This document shows positions 32,101 through 41,504 of a DNA stretch of 64,000 nt, one piece after another. The stretch is from [Chlorobium] sp. 445 (GTDB lineage Bacteria > Bacteroidota > Chlorobiia > Chlorobiales > Thermochlorobacteraceae), in assembly GCA_002763895.1 (NCBI GenBank), contig NSLH01000007.1, positions 41,169 through 105,168 of the forward strand, given 5' to 3'. Each line of letters opens with the position of its first letter. The stretch's first letter is position 1. The notes beneath the pieces are model-generated. The model saw nothing but the letters and a program-made list of their open reading frames with translations. It did no database searches and was not told where the DNA came from. Both the position numbers and the translations under genes were made by a program.

Positions 32101-34191
32101 TGCTTTGGCTCCGCTGCGGGGCGACTTGCGCTGCAAATCTTTCAGCAATTTGTCGGAGCGTGCCATCAGGCGCTCATAGCGCTTTTGCTCTGCAGGACTT
32201 CGAAAGATGTTGTCTTTCAAAATCTCTTCATTGATGACCGCGCTTTGCAACGACAGCAGTTTCAACAGAGCCTCAAGATTAAATTGCCCTTCAGCTTCAA
32301 AATTCGCCACATCGCTCTCCAACTTGACATAGGAAAGACTATCGCTTTGAGAGAGGCGCACTGAGGCTTCTGTGCCTGCAAGCACATACAACTTGCCAAT
32401 GCGCGATGAATCAAAGGTGATTTTGAAATTGCCGCTGACCTTAGCCAAATCGAAACTCTCGCCGTCTAATTCACAGCTCATGGTAAGATGCGTGGTGAGA
32501 CTGTCGTCATCAATCCACTGGCTTAAATCGACCTGTTCTAGTAGGGCTTTACCTCTGTAGCGCGGTTCCTTTTGTCTTAGGTCAAGTTCGCCATCAAAGC
32601 GAAAGGTTTGTTTATCTGCAGTAATGAGAAGTTCCCCAATTGCTTTCTGCCTTGCCGCGCTTAGGTTTAATGTCGCAGAAGAGATTTTGCGCGTGCCAAA
32701 TGATGACTGTTCTAACCTGCCTTTGAGGCGTGTATCGACATCGCGTAGGCGCAGAAAATCTGTACCACTGCCGACTATCTCTCCACTGAAATTGATGTCC
32801 GTGCGCAGCGAGGAATCGCCCAGTACCGTTGCTAGGTTTAGATTCTGCAGACTCAGGTCACCAATGTAGCGCACAGGATAGCTCGGCTTAAAACTCATCT
32901 CCAAATTTGCGTTGATGATCCCCGCACCTGATGCCGCATTGAGTTCAGCCTTAAAGTTTTCGGCTGTGCCGCGGTAGCGTCCATCAAACTCTACCACACC
33001 TAAGCCACGATAGGGTTCAAGACTTTCTATGGCAAGCAATTTTGCTACTTCAGGTATCGACAAACGCGACTCACGCACCACTAAATTTACCCACAGCGAT
33101 TCCAGCGATGTGATGCCCACCACTTCACCCGACACATTGAGCTCACTTTCTGGCGTGCGCACATAACTTGGCGAGAGCGTAAAGTTGTTTAACCAGCCGC
33201 GCGCTTCAATCAACGCTGCAAATTCACCTTTGGGCAATTGCACATCAGGTACCACCGTTTGAAACTCTTCTGGCACAATCTGCGATACATCTAAATCAAT
33301 CATGAAGCGCGTCTTTTCAATTACCTCTCGCGTGATAGGGGAAAACACATCAATGCCTGTCAGTGAAGCATTGCACGCTAAGCGAGAAGCGTTCGTTTCC
33401 ATTCTCAGTCCTAAAATCTCCACACGCTCTCTTGTAATTGCAAAAAAGCCCGACAGTCGGCGCAATGCAAGACTCTTATCTGGCTCTTCAAACTGCAACT
33501 CTCTCAAAATAAGCGTGAGCATATCGTTGCTATACTCGCAAAAACAAAGCAAGTTAAAGTTCGACAACTTCCACGTGTCGTAGATGACAGAGTCTCGCTC
33601 TGGGGGTTTAGCCAGCACGCGCTGCCAAAGAATGTGTGCGTTCTCAACGGCGATTTCATCAAAGATGAGTTTTGGTAGGAGAGTTTCTGTGGTGTCTGCT
33701 TGTGCGTCGGGACTGGATTTCAACAGTTTGAGAAGCGACAGTTCGCCAGTTGTATCTTCAGCAAGGTGCAGCAGTAGATTGCGCAAATAGATGCGGCGAA
33801 AGTGAATGCGGTCTACGAAACCGTTTAGTACGCCATCATAGAGCACATCGCTGTCGAGGTCAATTGCAAGCCGATGCACAGATACACTTGGCAGGCTATC
33901 CTGCCCGACATAGATCTTAACGCTGTCGATTGTCAATTGATTTGGGAAGATGAGCGAAACTTCATTAAAGACCAGCCTGCCATTGAAATTTGTGGCAAAC
34001 AGCTCAGTTGCCTTTTGTTTCAAAAAGGCTTTGCCGTGCTCGGTTTGTGCATACCCAAAGAGCGCAGCGCCAATCACAAAAAGCAAAAAAGCAAGATAGG
34101 CGACATTGCGGAACACAAAGCCTGCGAGGCGATATAGCCACTTTGCAATTAATGCAAGCAATAGCCATATTTTATCGCTCCATTTCATCAC
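29182..34191 (-). CDS. TamB/AsmA-like translocation-and-assembly-module protein (1669 aa) with C-terminal DUF490-like region and P/S/T-rich tail
   Basis: N-terminal signal-anchor TM (…LLLALIAKWLYRLAGFVF…AFLLFVIGAALFGYA). Very long beta-rich repetitive body. C-terminal block …SGRYNFYGVPFEIEPGATMKWFGG…RLEYRLSRNFVLEA typical of TamB DUF490, then an ~110-aa low-complexity extension. Confidence 0.65.
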   Translation of the reverse strand: MMKWSDKIWLLLALIAKWLYRLAGFVFRNVAYLAFLLFVIGAALFGYAQTEHGKAFLKQKATELFATNFNGRLVFNEVSLIFPNQLTIDSVKIYVGQDSLPSVSVHRLAIDLDSDVLYDGVLNGFVDRIHFRRIYLRNLLLHLAEDTTGELSLLKLLKSSPDAQADTTETLLPKLIFDEIAVENAHILWQRVLAKPPERDSVIYDTWKLSNFNLLCFCEYSNDMLTLILRELQFEEPDKSLALRRLSGFFAITRERVEILGLRMETNASRLACNASLTGIDVFSPITREVIEKTRFMIDLDVSQIVPEEFQTVVPDVQLPKGEFAALIEARGWLNNFTLSPSYVRTPESELNVSGEVVGITSLESLWVNLVVRESRLSIPEVAKLLAIESLEPYRGLGVVEFDGRYRGTAENFKAELNAASGAGIINANLEMSFKPSYPVRYIGDLSLQNLNLATVLGDSSLRTDINFSGEIVGSGTDFLRLRDVDTRLKGRLEQSSFGTRKISSATLNLSAARQKAIGELLITADKQTFRFDGELDLRQKEPRYRGKALLEQVDLSQWIDDDSLTTHLTMSCELDGESFDLAKVSGNFKITFDSSRIGKLYVLAGTEASVRLSQSDSLSYVKLESDVANFEAEGQFNLEALLKLLSLQSAVINEEILKDNIFRSPAEQKRYERLMARSDKLLKDLQRKSPRSGAKATQEEASISDSLLTLPTLNVRYKLGFKSLSKIALVLQSGDFNAIGELSGELSSQPEACSFKATLSVDSLRYGTILAARTLTASLSYTDELRSDLTQARTFHELKSTLNASVFRMKVGDQRFVRTSLQAKYTPSNLELNLRTTNQNTRGLFDLDAAVRVADDLYTISLRDATFATQNYFWQNDENAQIVISRELIKFEKLSFHNNEQEILLLGEFKLSGKSDLALKVKDFSLADIRQFLFDSPNTQLGGILNLSLDLTGNFTSPEVTLTATLDNLLYETIDVGHLDFAGKYLDTEKAFTFKLSANSDTARYALLKLPLKPYTHLKGTGRIPIDLSIDAKERLPKKDRVFVEITCPDISPTVLEFAAPLRNTSGAISLRLTFAGYFPSPALEMSLWVKNLRTTAIASDVEYIVNGSAEITPDRVSWRAVDVRDRQGGTLRTSGSVQMSNFEVQRFNIELNFSKLLLYDKQAGRTDDLIGQLIASSDELRFSGTLDEPMLSGSLRLDRGRLLQYRSGSSKGSQIVEASRFITTIVEEDTSLEARLRRNPKLNLTLDEEFELSETARAIRSAYKSSFVDDMSMSLRVSTVQPLVYTLVFDRFLGEQLENATIEDLALTINKRRLSYRVFGTASITSGRYNFYGVPFEIEPGATMKWFGGGLTDATLDIFARYQVRVMAQTRNELENVVLRPHIAGTVEDPRIEIGYILNERAYKDPSTRLPGEDDPNALLNFVTLLTARQWVVRPGSVGSTLSSGLLASAGLSAGAGLLSTQVTRLASAIQGVQTINIDFARDRSGQVAGVDFSLEYVVPGTDGKLVITGSGSTAAVDSLGRSNNAISNSQRLEYRLSRNFVLEAFRNFGPNNFNLFNNTIAEVWGIGISYRESFHTWSELGARWNIYFDAFSRWLSGSKAQETDKTPRVDTTAPKNAVSGVTLPSLNPAPPDSSTAKTPFSGADTTGHSALPPRTDSSAVLRRRPK

Positions 34192-34217
34192 GATGCGCGC
34201 TCAAAGTTTAGTAGTAG

Positions 34218-34715
34218 TTATCGGTATGCTTTCAAAATTTTCTCGATTGTACCCGTCGTAGAGCGTCCGTCTAAGAACTCGATTGTGCGCACTTCGCCGC
34301 CTGCTGCTTCAACCACATCTTTGCCCACAATATTTTCTATTGCCCAATCGTTGCCTTTGACCAACACATCTGGCAGCAGTGCCTCAATGACGCGTAGGGG
34401 TGTATCGTCATCAAACAGTACGACCAGATCAACTGGCTTCAGACGACTCAAGATATACGCACGGTCTTGCTCAGAGTTTATGGGTCGTCTTTCCCCTTTG
34501 AGTCGGCGCACAGAGGCATCGCTGTTGATTGCCACGACCAGCATATCACCCAGCGCTTTTGCTTTCTCGAGATACTGCACGTGCCCTGCATGCAGAATAT
34601 CAAAACAGCCATTGGTAAACACAACGGTTTTGCCAAGTTGCTGCGCATACCGAACTCTCCTTTGTGCTTCGTCGAGCGGGACATTTGCGCGCTCTAACTC
34701 TTGCATCTGTTGCAT
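34218..34715 (-). CDS. D-glycero-beta-D-manno-heptose 1-phosphate adenylyltransferase (RfaE domain II / HldC-type, stand-alone)
   Basis: 165 aa cytidylyltransferase-fold protein with TNGCFDILHAGHVQYL (H-x-G-H motif), homologous to the C-terminal domain of HldE. Confidence 0.8.
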   Translation of the reverse strand: MQQMQELERANVPLDEAQRRVRYAQQLGKTVVFTNGCFDILHAGHVQYLEKAKALGDMLVVAINSDASVRRLKGERRPINSEQDRAYILSRLKPVDLVVLFDDDTPLRVIEALLPDVLVKGNDWAIENIVGKDVVEAAGGEVRTIEFLDGRSTTGTIEKILKAYR

Positions 34716-34846
34716 ATGATTTTGCGAAAAGATTTAACGAAATTACATGGGCTCAGGGCAAGTGGCACAAATGCCGCCTTTGCTTGAAAATACAAACCCT
34801 TGTGGTTCTTTCTGATACAGGGGAATCTTCACAATTCTGACATAGC

Positions 34847-35866
34847 TTGGCAAAACCTTTGACTGGCTCGTACAAATGTCTCACGATTGCAAACGCAGTT
34901 GAGAGCTTCAAAGCAAAAGTGATGAAACAACCCATAAAGCAAGTGAGAGATTGGCTGCTCTATCAACTCATTCGAGCATGTGCTGCCATTGTGCAGCGCC
35001 TCTCTAAAGAGCGCTTACGCACCCTTGCAGAGCGACTTGGCAATTGGCTCTACGATGGCTTGAAACTGCGCCGTAAGTTAGTCGAACAAAATCTACTTGT
35101 GGCTTTTCCTGAAAAGAGCACAGAAGAGCGCGCCACTATTGCCCGAAAAATGTATCACGGTCAAGCCCTCAACCTGCTGGAAGTGCTGCGACTGCCCCTT
35201 GTGCGCACCAAGCATGATGCCCAAGCCCTCTTTGAGATTGACCCTAGTGTCATAGACTTGCATTGTTTTTCAAAAGGACGTGGCGGTGTTATTGTCTCTG
35301 CGCATTTTGGCAATTGGGAATTGATGGCAGTCTGTTGGGCACTTGCTACGCAACCGATTGCAATTGTCTACAAACCGCTCTCCAATCCATACCTTAACAC
35401 CTTGCTCAATCAGTGGCGCACACAGTGCGGGAACGAACTTATCACCATGAGCGACGCACCGCGTTTGGGCTTGCGCCGATTGCGCGAGGGGAAACTGCTT
35501 GCGCTTCTTAGTGACCAATCAGGACACAGCGATGGCTATTTTATGCCATTTTTAGGACGCCCCGCCTCGGTTTTTCTTGGCGCTGCGGTCTTCGCCCTTC
35601 GCACAAATCTGCCGATGTTGCTTGCCATGCCAATTCGCACTGCATCTGGCAAGTATCGCTTGGAGATTACACACATTCCAACCGACGACCTCACCTATAG
35701 CCAAGAGAACGTGCATAGACTTGCCACGCGATATACCCAAGCTATTGAAGCCTACATTCGCCGCTACCCCGAGCAGTGGTTTTGGCTGCACAATCGCTGG
35801 AAACATCAACCCTCGCTTGAGACGGCTGAAGTTTCAAGCCATCAAATGCAGAATGAGACGCTATGA
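34847..35866 (+). CDS. Lipid A biosynthesis (Kdo2-lipid IVA) acyltransferase, LpxL/HtrB family
   Basis: 339 aa containing the family motif …SAHFGNWEL… plus the acyltransferase block …LSDQ…G. Start may be Met 34922. Confidence 0.7.
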   Translation: MAKPLTGSYKCLTIANAVESFKAKVMKQPIKQVRDWLLYQLIRACAAIVQRLSKERLRTLAERLGNWLYDGLKLRRKLVEQNLLVAFPEKSTEERATIARKMYHGQALNLLEVLRLPLVRTKHDAQALFEIDPSVIDLHCFSKGRGGVIVSAHFGNWELMAVCWALATQPIAIVYKPLSNPYLNTLLNQWRTQCGNELITMSDAPRLGLRRLREGKLLALLSDQSGHSDGYFMPFLGRPASVFLGAAVFALRTNLPMLLAMPIRTASGKYRLEITHIPTDDLTYSQENVHRLATRYTQAIEAYIRRYPEQWFWLHNRWKHQPSLETAEVSSHQMQNETL

Positions 35867-37014
35867 GCCGCTTGCCGTTCAAGTACACCCCGAAATATCT
35901 TCTGCATGAAGCCATTAAATGGACAGAATACGGCATGCAGCGCGGGCTGATTTATCTCCTGCGTCTGCTCTTGCCACGCCGCCGTGGCTTGCTCAGCCAG
36001 ATTGAATTTCACAAGGCAAAAGTACTTTTTTTGCGACAAAACCAAATTGGTGATGCACTGATTTCAACACCGATTTTCACTGCGCTAAAACGCCACTATC
36101 CCACTATCCAGCTTGATGTGCTGCTCGATAGACGCAACGCTACCGCACTTGCTGGCAATCCGCATCTACACACGCACTATGTAATTAAGCAAACAAAATT
36201 TGACCTTCTTGATGTGCTCCGCGCCATTCGTAAAGCACAATATGATATCGTCGTTGATTTGATTCACTCTGCTTCTACAACCTCCACGCTCATTTGCCTC
36301 TTTTCAGGCGCAAGCGTAATATGCGGCTTTGAGCGACAAAACGATTTCGTCTACGACGCCAAAGTAAAATTGCCAGCAGGCAAACGTATGATGCGCCAAC
36401 TGGCTGAAATCCTATGCCTTTTCAACATTGACCCCGACACAGAACCGCTTGAACCATATTTTTTCATTTCAGACGCCTCACGCACCTTTGCTGAAAACGT
36501 AATCTCGACATGGCGCGATAAAGCAGAGCGCCTCGTGATTGGGCTTAACATTTCGGCAAGTTCACTGACCTTCAAATTCTGGGGCACCGAGAATTTTGTT
36601 GCACTTGCTAAACACATCAAAGCTCGACTGCCTGATGCTATTCTGCTGATTCTTTACGCAAAAGATTATGCCAGTTTTGCAAAAGAGATTGCACAGCAAA
36701 GCGGAGCGGTACTCTCTGAAGCCACACCAACGCTTTCCGATTTTGCTGCACTAATCTCCATGCTCGATGCTTTGATTACCCCTGACTCTGCTGCTGTGCA
36801 TTTTGCCGATATCTTTCGTGTCCCTTCACTCATTCTCACACATTTGCCCGAAGGCGAAACCGCATGGTATCCCTCTTTCACAGTGTTCAGGGTTTTGCAC
36901 GGACGCGATGGTCGAGTCGCTTCAATTCCCTTGCAAGACGTGCTTGCTGCCAGCGATGAATTTTTGCAGATGCTTTTTTCAGAATCGAAGAAAGGCAACG
37001 GCACGATTGTCTAA
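35863..37014 (+). CDS. Glycosyltransferase family 9 (LPS heptosyltransferase-like)
   Basis: 383 aa with GT9 N-terminal motif …LRQNQIGDALISTPIFTALKRHYP… and C-terminal …DSAAVHFADIF… block. Its start overlaps the lpxL-like stop by 4 nt. Confidence 0.7.
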   Translation: MSRLPFKYTPKYLLHEAIKWTEYGMQRGLIYLLRLLLPRRRGLLSQIEFHKAKVLFLRQNQIGDALISTPIFTALKRHYPTIQLDVLLDRRNATALAGNPHLHTHYVIKQTKFDLLDVLRAIRKAQYDIVVDLIHSASTTSTLICLFSGASVICGFERQNDFVYDAKVKLPAGKRMMRQLAEILCLFNIDPDTEPLEPYFFISDASRTFAENVISTWRDKAERLVIGLNISASSLTFKFWGTENFVALAKHIKARLPDAILLILYAKDYASFAKEIAQQSGAVLSEATPTLSDFAALISMLDALITPDSAAVHFADIFRVPSLILTHLPEGETAWYPSFTVFRVLHGRDGRVASIPLQDVLAASDEFLQMLFSESKKGNGTIV

Positions 37015-37183
37015 CACTCACATTATGCAGGCTTTTCTGATTGTGTAACAGCATTCCTCGCATTGTCTTCTTGCAGCATTCGCTGCATCCTAAAAGTCTT
37101 AGACTTTACCCCAGAGATTGTGTAATTTCAGGTAGTACATTAACGCGCCCTTGTGTGGGGCATATCGGGAAAGGAGAATAACC

Positions 37184-37555
37184 ATGTCAATCTTGCGCGA
37201 CCTTATTCAGAACATCCTCAATCGCTATTCCGAAGAGCACAATGAAATGATCAAAATGATTGAGGAAGAAAAACAGCATGGCTACCTTAAAGACCTTATT
37301 GAGACTGGCGACCGTCTGATTGAAGAAAATCCGAATTATGTTGATGAAGTCAAGAAAAGTGAGACGGGCTGTTGGATGGAGCAGATGTATCAACGTCGTT
37401 ACTGCCGCATCTGCGATTTCGTTGACGACTGTCCCATTCACCTTGAGGAACAGTGGCAAATCTTTCTGGCACAGCAAACACCAGAGCGCCGTGCTGAACT
37501 TGAAGCCATGCTTGTCGAGCAGCAAATGCGCTATTTTCAGCGCTATGTCAAATGA
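37184..37555 (+). CDS. Hypothetical small cytoplasmic protein with C-x2-C-x5-C-x2-H motif
   Basis: 124 aa from Met 37184, preceded by SD AGGAGA. Charged helical N-terminus and a …YCRICDFVDDCPIH… putative metal-binding knuckle. No recognisable family. Confidence 0.4.
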   Translation: MSILRDLIQNILNRYSEEHNEMIKMIEEEKQHGYLKDLIETGDRLIEENPNYVDEVKKSETGCWMEQMYQRRYCRICDFVDDCPIHLEEQWQIFLAQQTPERRAELEAMLVEQQMRYFQRYVK

Positions 37556-37842
37556 TGGTCATCACCGCGTGAAGTGTTGTTAGCATATGCCCTTGAGGTA
37601 GTCTAGATTAGACTTTTGCATCTTGCAATTGTGCACAAATCTTTGTGGACTTGCTATTTAAGCGTAGAGCAATCCACTATGCGAGTCAGTCGCACATGCG
37701 CAGAATTGCGGGTCCCTTCGTTTTTTCTTCTTTTGCAACACTGCACCTACTTTCCCATGATCTGCAGCCAGCTTGCAGTTGGATGTTTATATCACTTCAG
37801 TAGCCCCTATCTTTGTGATTAAAATTTAGGTTAAACATACAA

Positions 37843-39234
37843 ATGTCTTTGAAGTGCTACTTTGCTCTTGTTCTCTTTTCAAGTTTTGCATCATTTGCTT
37901 TTGGACAGCAGCCTGCCGCTTCACCGTCTTCGGGTCAGGCTGTTCGTGCCTTGCCCCGTTTTGATGCCTACTCGATCTTTTTTAGCCGTGAATTAGGCAA
38001 TGCTTTCGGCGGAAGTTTAGGCATCAGCATCTTCGATAACCAAACGTTTTATGTGGTTGGTCTCTCGCCAGAGTTAGAATTAGAGCGGTGGGGTGTTGGG
38101 TTAGACATCAACTTGCGCATTAGTCAGCAAGGGCAGCTGCGTCAGGAAGATTGGCGCGATGGCATTTCCAGTTACCTGCGTCTCCTTCGCTATGTGCGAT
38201 ACGGCTTCAAGCGCGATAGCCTCTACTTTCGCCTTGGTCAGCTCGATGCTGCGCGGCTCGGGCATGGCTCTATTATGTTTTTATACCGCAATAATGCCAG
38301 CTACGATGCGCGCCGTCTTGGCATTGAGTTTGATGCCGACTTTGGGCATTTCGGTTTCGAGTCCGTTGTCAGTGATGTGAGCACGTTTTATGTCGTTGGG
38401 GTTCGTCCATTTTGGCGTCCTTTGCACGCTTTCGGTTCAGGGTTAGAGTTTGGGGCGACGGTTGTGTCTGACTTCAACGAGAATGCCAACATACAACTGA
38501 GTCATGGCGCTGATACAACGAATAGGCTTGCTCAATCTGGGATAATCGGACGAGAGCGTGCGCTTATTGCGCTTGGCGTTGATGCGGGCGTACCGATTGT
38601 GCGCCTGCCTATGTTTGATGCCGACCTTCACTTTGATGTGGCTGGCATTGTAGGTTATGGTGCCGGCATTGCAGCGGGCATATCAGGCTCGCTGAAAAAT
38701 CTCTTTGGCATTGCGGTTGTCTCAGCCAAACTCGAGCAGCGATTGCTTACCGATCGTTTCCAATTTGCCTACTTTGATGCGCTCTATGAGCAAGGGCGTT
38801 ACCGTCAGTCTGATACCGCTATTGCCGCACGGTCAGATGATCTTCGTCATAGCGCTCGAGGTGATCTGGGCATTTATGGAGAATTGGGGGGTTCCATCTT
38901 GGGCAAATTTCACTTATTTGGCTCTTATCAGCGGCTTTACCGCAGCACACGCGGCGCACTTTTGCAGATCTCTGCACGTTTCGAGGAGCTTATTCCTGCG
39001 CTTGTCTTTCGCGCCGATTATTTTAAGCGCGATTTTAGCCTTGAGAAGCTTTTCACTCTTGATGAGCAGACGTTTGCGCAAGTGGAGTTTGGCTACCTGC
39101 CTTATCCCTATCTTTCACTTTCTGTTGTCTATCAATGGACATTCTTGCCTGTGCGCGGGGAAAACAACACCATTTTACGCTATGAACCACTGCTGCGCCT
39201 TGAGCCACGCGTCTCCTTGCGCTTGCAGTTCTGA
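37843..39234 (+). CDS. Predicted outer-membrane beta-barrel protein, unknown family
   Basis: 463 aa with signal peptide MSLKCYFALVLFSSFASFAFGQQ, alternating amphipathic beta pattern and C-terminal …LRLQF (terminal Phe). Confidence 0.5.
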   Translation: MSLKCYFALVLFSSFASFAFGQQPAASPSSGQAVRALPRFDAYSIFFSRELGNAFGGSLGISIFDNQTFYVVGLSPELELERWGVGLDINLRISQQGQLRQEDWRDGISSYLRLLRYVRYGFKRDSLYFRLGQLDAARLGHGSIMFLYRNNASYDARRLGIEFDADFGHFGFESVVSDVSTFYVVGVRPFWRPLHAFGSGLEFGATVVSDFNENANIQLSHGADTTNRLAQSGIIGRERALIALGVDAGVPIVRLPMFDADLHFDVAGIVGYGAGIAAGISGSLKNLFGIAVVSAKLEQRLLTDRFQFAYFDALYEQGRYRQSDTAIAARSDDLRHSARGDLGIYGELGGSILGKFHLFGSYQRLYRSTRGALLQISARFEELIPALVFRADYFKRDFSLEKLFTLDEQTFAQVEFGYLPYPYLSLSVVYQWTFLPVRGENNTILRYEPLLRLEPRVSLRLQF

Positions 39235-39279
39235 ATTTCCTACCTATGTATTTTCTAATGTTAAATTTTTGTTAAACAC

Positions 39280-39308
39280 TTGACAAGCGCTGCTCTAGCT
39301 TTTATATT
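39280..39308 (+). promoter_or_regulatory. Sigma-70-like promoter TTGACA-17nt-TATATT upstream of the RodZ-like gene
   Basis: TTGACA at 39280-39285, a 17-nt spacer, TATATT at 39303-39308. The Met codon at 39407 is preceded by GGGAGAG. Confidence 0.4.
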
Positions 39309-39406
39309 TCGTTACGCCGTTCTAAGTTTTGTTTTCTATTACCGCTCATATTCAAAACGAACAAAACCAAATACAGCGTTCGCTGCGGAAGGGAGAGACA
39401 TCACCA

Positions 39407-40279
39407 ATGCAACACTATGATCTTGCGTCAGAACTAGCGGCTGCGCGTCAAGCACTGGGCATCACACTCCTCGAAATCAGTCATCGAACCAACATCCAAC
39501 TTGAATCGTTGCAGCGGCTTGAGAGCGGTTGCTACGACTTTCTTCCACCTTTCTACATACGCCAAATTGTGCGCAAATACGCAGAAGCACTTAACCTTCC
39601 TGCTGAGACGCTTCGCGCTTATCTTGCAGCGCTCGATGAGCATTTTTCAGCTCAGTCCAATGCACTTCAGGCACAGCAAGTGTCGCCGCCTTCGTCGCCA
39701 TCCTCAGACGAGTGGTTGGAGCGTCTGGCTTTGCTTTTCTCCCCCATGCGGCTGGCTATCTTTGGTCTGTCTATCTTGGCTCTTGCTGCAGGCGCATTTT
39801 ACTTTTCTTCACGCTCGTCTGAGCCTGAAGTCATTCGCAAAATCGGTTCATCGGCTACGCCATCGGTTATGGCGAGCTCTTCTGATCGGCAAGTTTCATC
39901 TTCTTCGACTGAACCAACATCGAAAACTCTCCTTCCGCCACCGACACTTGACGCTGTTTCTGCCACACCTGCTGCAGCATCGAGTCCGATTCCTACTTTT
40001 GCCACTGAGCACACTTCAAAGAAAAAGCTCTCTTTGGTCGTGCGCGCCAAGTCAGATTGCTGGGTCGGTGTTGTCACAGATGAGAGCAAAGTTCAGGAAG
40101 CTTATCTGCGTGCTAATGAAAGTTCTCACTTTGATGCCGATAGCCTTGTCAAACTTACACTCGGTAAGGCTGAAGTTGCAGAAGTGTGGCTCAACGGTAA
40201 GTCCGTTGAACTGCCCAAGCGAGCAGGTGTTGTTTCTAATCTGCGGTTCTCGCTTAAAGATATTGCTGACCAGAACTGA
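39407..40279 (+). CDS. RodZ-like cytoskeleton protein (HTH_XRE N-terminus, single TM, C-terminal DUF4115-like domain)
   Basis: From Met 39407: …LAAARQALGITLLEISHRTNIQLESLQRLE… helix-turn-helix. TM at …LAIFGLSILALAAGAFYF…, Ser/Pro-rich linker, then C-terminal …CWVGVVTDESKVQEAYLRANESSHFDADS…VWLNGKSVELP… beta domain. Confidence 0.6.
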   Translation: MQHYDLASELAAARQALGITLLEISHRTNIQLESLQRLESGCYDFLPPFYIRQIVRKYAEALNLPAETLRAYLAALDEHFSAQSNALQAQQVSPPSSPSSDEWLERLALLFSPMRLAIFGLSILALAAGAFYFSSRSSEPEVIRKIGSSATPSVMASSSDRQVSSSSTEPTSKTLLPPPTLDAVSATPAAASSPIPTFATEHTSKKKLSLVVRAKSDCWVGVVTDESKVQEAYLRANESSHFDADSLVKLTLGKAEVAEVWLNGKSVELPKRAGVVSNLRFSLKDIADQN

Positions 40280-40335
40280 TGCATCATGTCGCTTGGGGCT
40301 TGCCTTAGCTTTACATCTGTGCCCTGTCTTGCTGA

Positions 40336-40779
40336 CTACTTCAACATTTTCAAGATAAGCCAGCTCATCAATATGCTGCGTGCACTCCAGAGCACCGTGC
40401 GAATCCAATTTGTGGCTACCAGTGCCTGATGGATTCTTTCATCGAATCCTGCACTTAGCTGTGCATGTTTTGGGACTTGGATAAACATTGTCGAAAACCA
40501 GATTATACCGAGCAATGCTGCTCCCAAAACCGCCTCGCTTGCTGAAACTTCATTTGGTCGTTCCCAACAGAGATAAAGCGCCGTTACCAGTTCTACCAGC
40601 ATTGGAAGGATTACGACTGCTGTGGTAAGATTGGAATGTAAGAGTTCATAGTCGCGGAATGACACGCTGCCAACACGACTGAAGAGCGGATAATGCACGA
40701 TTTGTACGTACCAGATGACGCCAGTCATGAACAGCGTCGCCATGAAATTGAGCAATAATGCACTTGTTGGCAGAGACAT
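40336..40779 (-). CDS. Hypothetical 4-TM membrane protein
   Basis: 147 aa, hydrophobic, with no assignable motif. Confidence 0.35.
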   Translation of the reverse strand: MSLPTSALLLNFMATLFMTGVIWYVQIVHYPLFSRVGSVSFRDYELLHSNLTTAVVILPMLVELVTALYLCWERPNEVSASEAVLGAALLGIIWFSTMFIQVPKHAQLSAGFDERIHQALVATNWIRTVLWSARSILMSWLILKMLK

Positions 40780-40915
40780 TTGGATTAAAAGGCATTACAT
40801 TTTAGGTTTTGAAACTCTATGTAGAACGCGCGGCGTTCCCTATCTTTGTAATGAGATGTTTGGGCAGTTTATCAGACGGCATCAGAACATCAACTTTTAA
40901 TCAGCAAGGCAAATT

Positions 40916-41455
40916 ATGACGAACAATTTCACGACAAGTGCACGAGAAAATCGTGTGGGACTGTGGATCAGTGTGAGTTTTCTCTGGGGTACTACTTTTT
41001 ACATTTCCTCTATTTTTGTGTTGCGCCTAACCAGTGAGCAACTTGGTGGTAATTTTCATCCTGAGTTTTTGGATAGTCTCAAGTCTTACCTTTTTTATGC
41101 TCCATTGATTATTGCTGTTGCACTGGGGGGCTATGGGGTCAATCGGCTTTATGATCCTACGGGGGCGAAGCGTCAAGAGCGTATCAGCAGTGTTACAGCA
41201 GGGGTCAAAGAGAAAGTCTTTGTATCATTTCTGGGTAGCCTTGCGACAAGTTTTGGATTCTGCTTAATGACCGCATTAGCCTTCTGGGCTGCACATTTTA
41301 CCTTTGGCATTGCGTTTGAGATGTCGCTTGGCGCCATACTTATCGGCTCGCTTGTTAACATGCTTGCAGGTCTCTTGGGCTCGCTGCTTACAGGGTTGGT
41401 CTTTTTAGGACTTAAACTTGCAGGCAAGTTTCCAGCTGGCGAAGTTGTACCGTAA
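40916..41455 (+). CDS. Hypothetical 4-TM membrane protein
   Basis: 179 aa, hydrophobic, with no assignable motif. Divergent from the previous gene. Confidence 0.35.
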   Translation: MTNNFTTSARENRVGLWISVSFLWGTTFYISSIFVLRLTSEQLGGNFHPEFLDSLKSYLFYAPLIIAVALGGYGVNRLYDPTGAKRQERISSVTAGVKEKVFVSFLGSLATSFGFCLMTALAFWAAHFTFGIAFEMSLGAILIGSLVNMLAGLLGSLLTGLVFLGLKLAGKFPAGEVVP

Positions 41456-41504
41456 CTTGCCATCATTGTATCTTTGCGCACCAAACCTTAACAAGTTGTT
41501 CTAA

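Noticed and set aside
39501-40358. 285-aa plus-strand ORF overlapping the RodZ-like gene in another frame
   Set aside because: It is Arg/Leu/Cys/His-rich with no motifs. The overlapping frame carries a clear HTH, TM and conserved C-terminal domain, so this is a shadow ORF.
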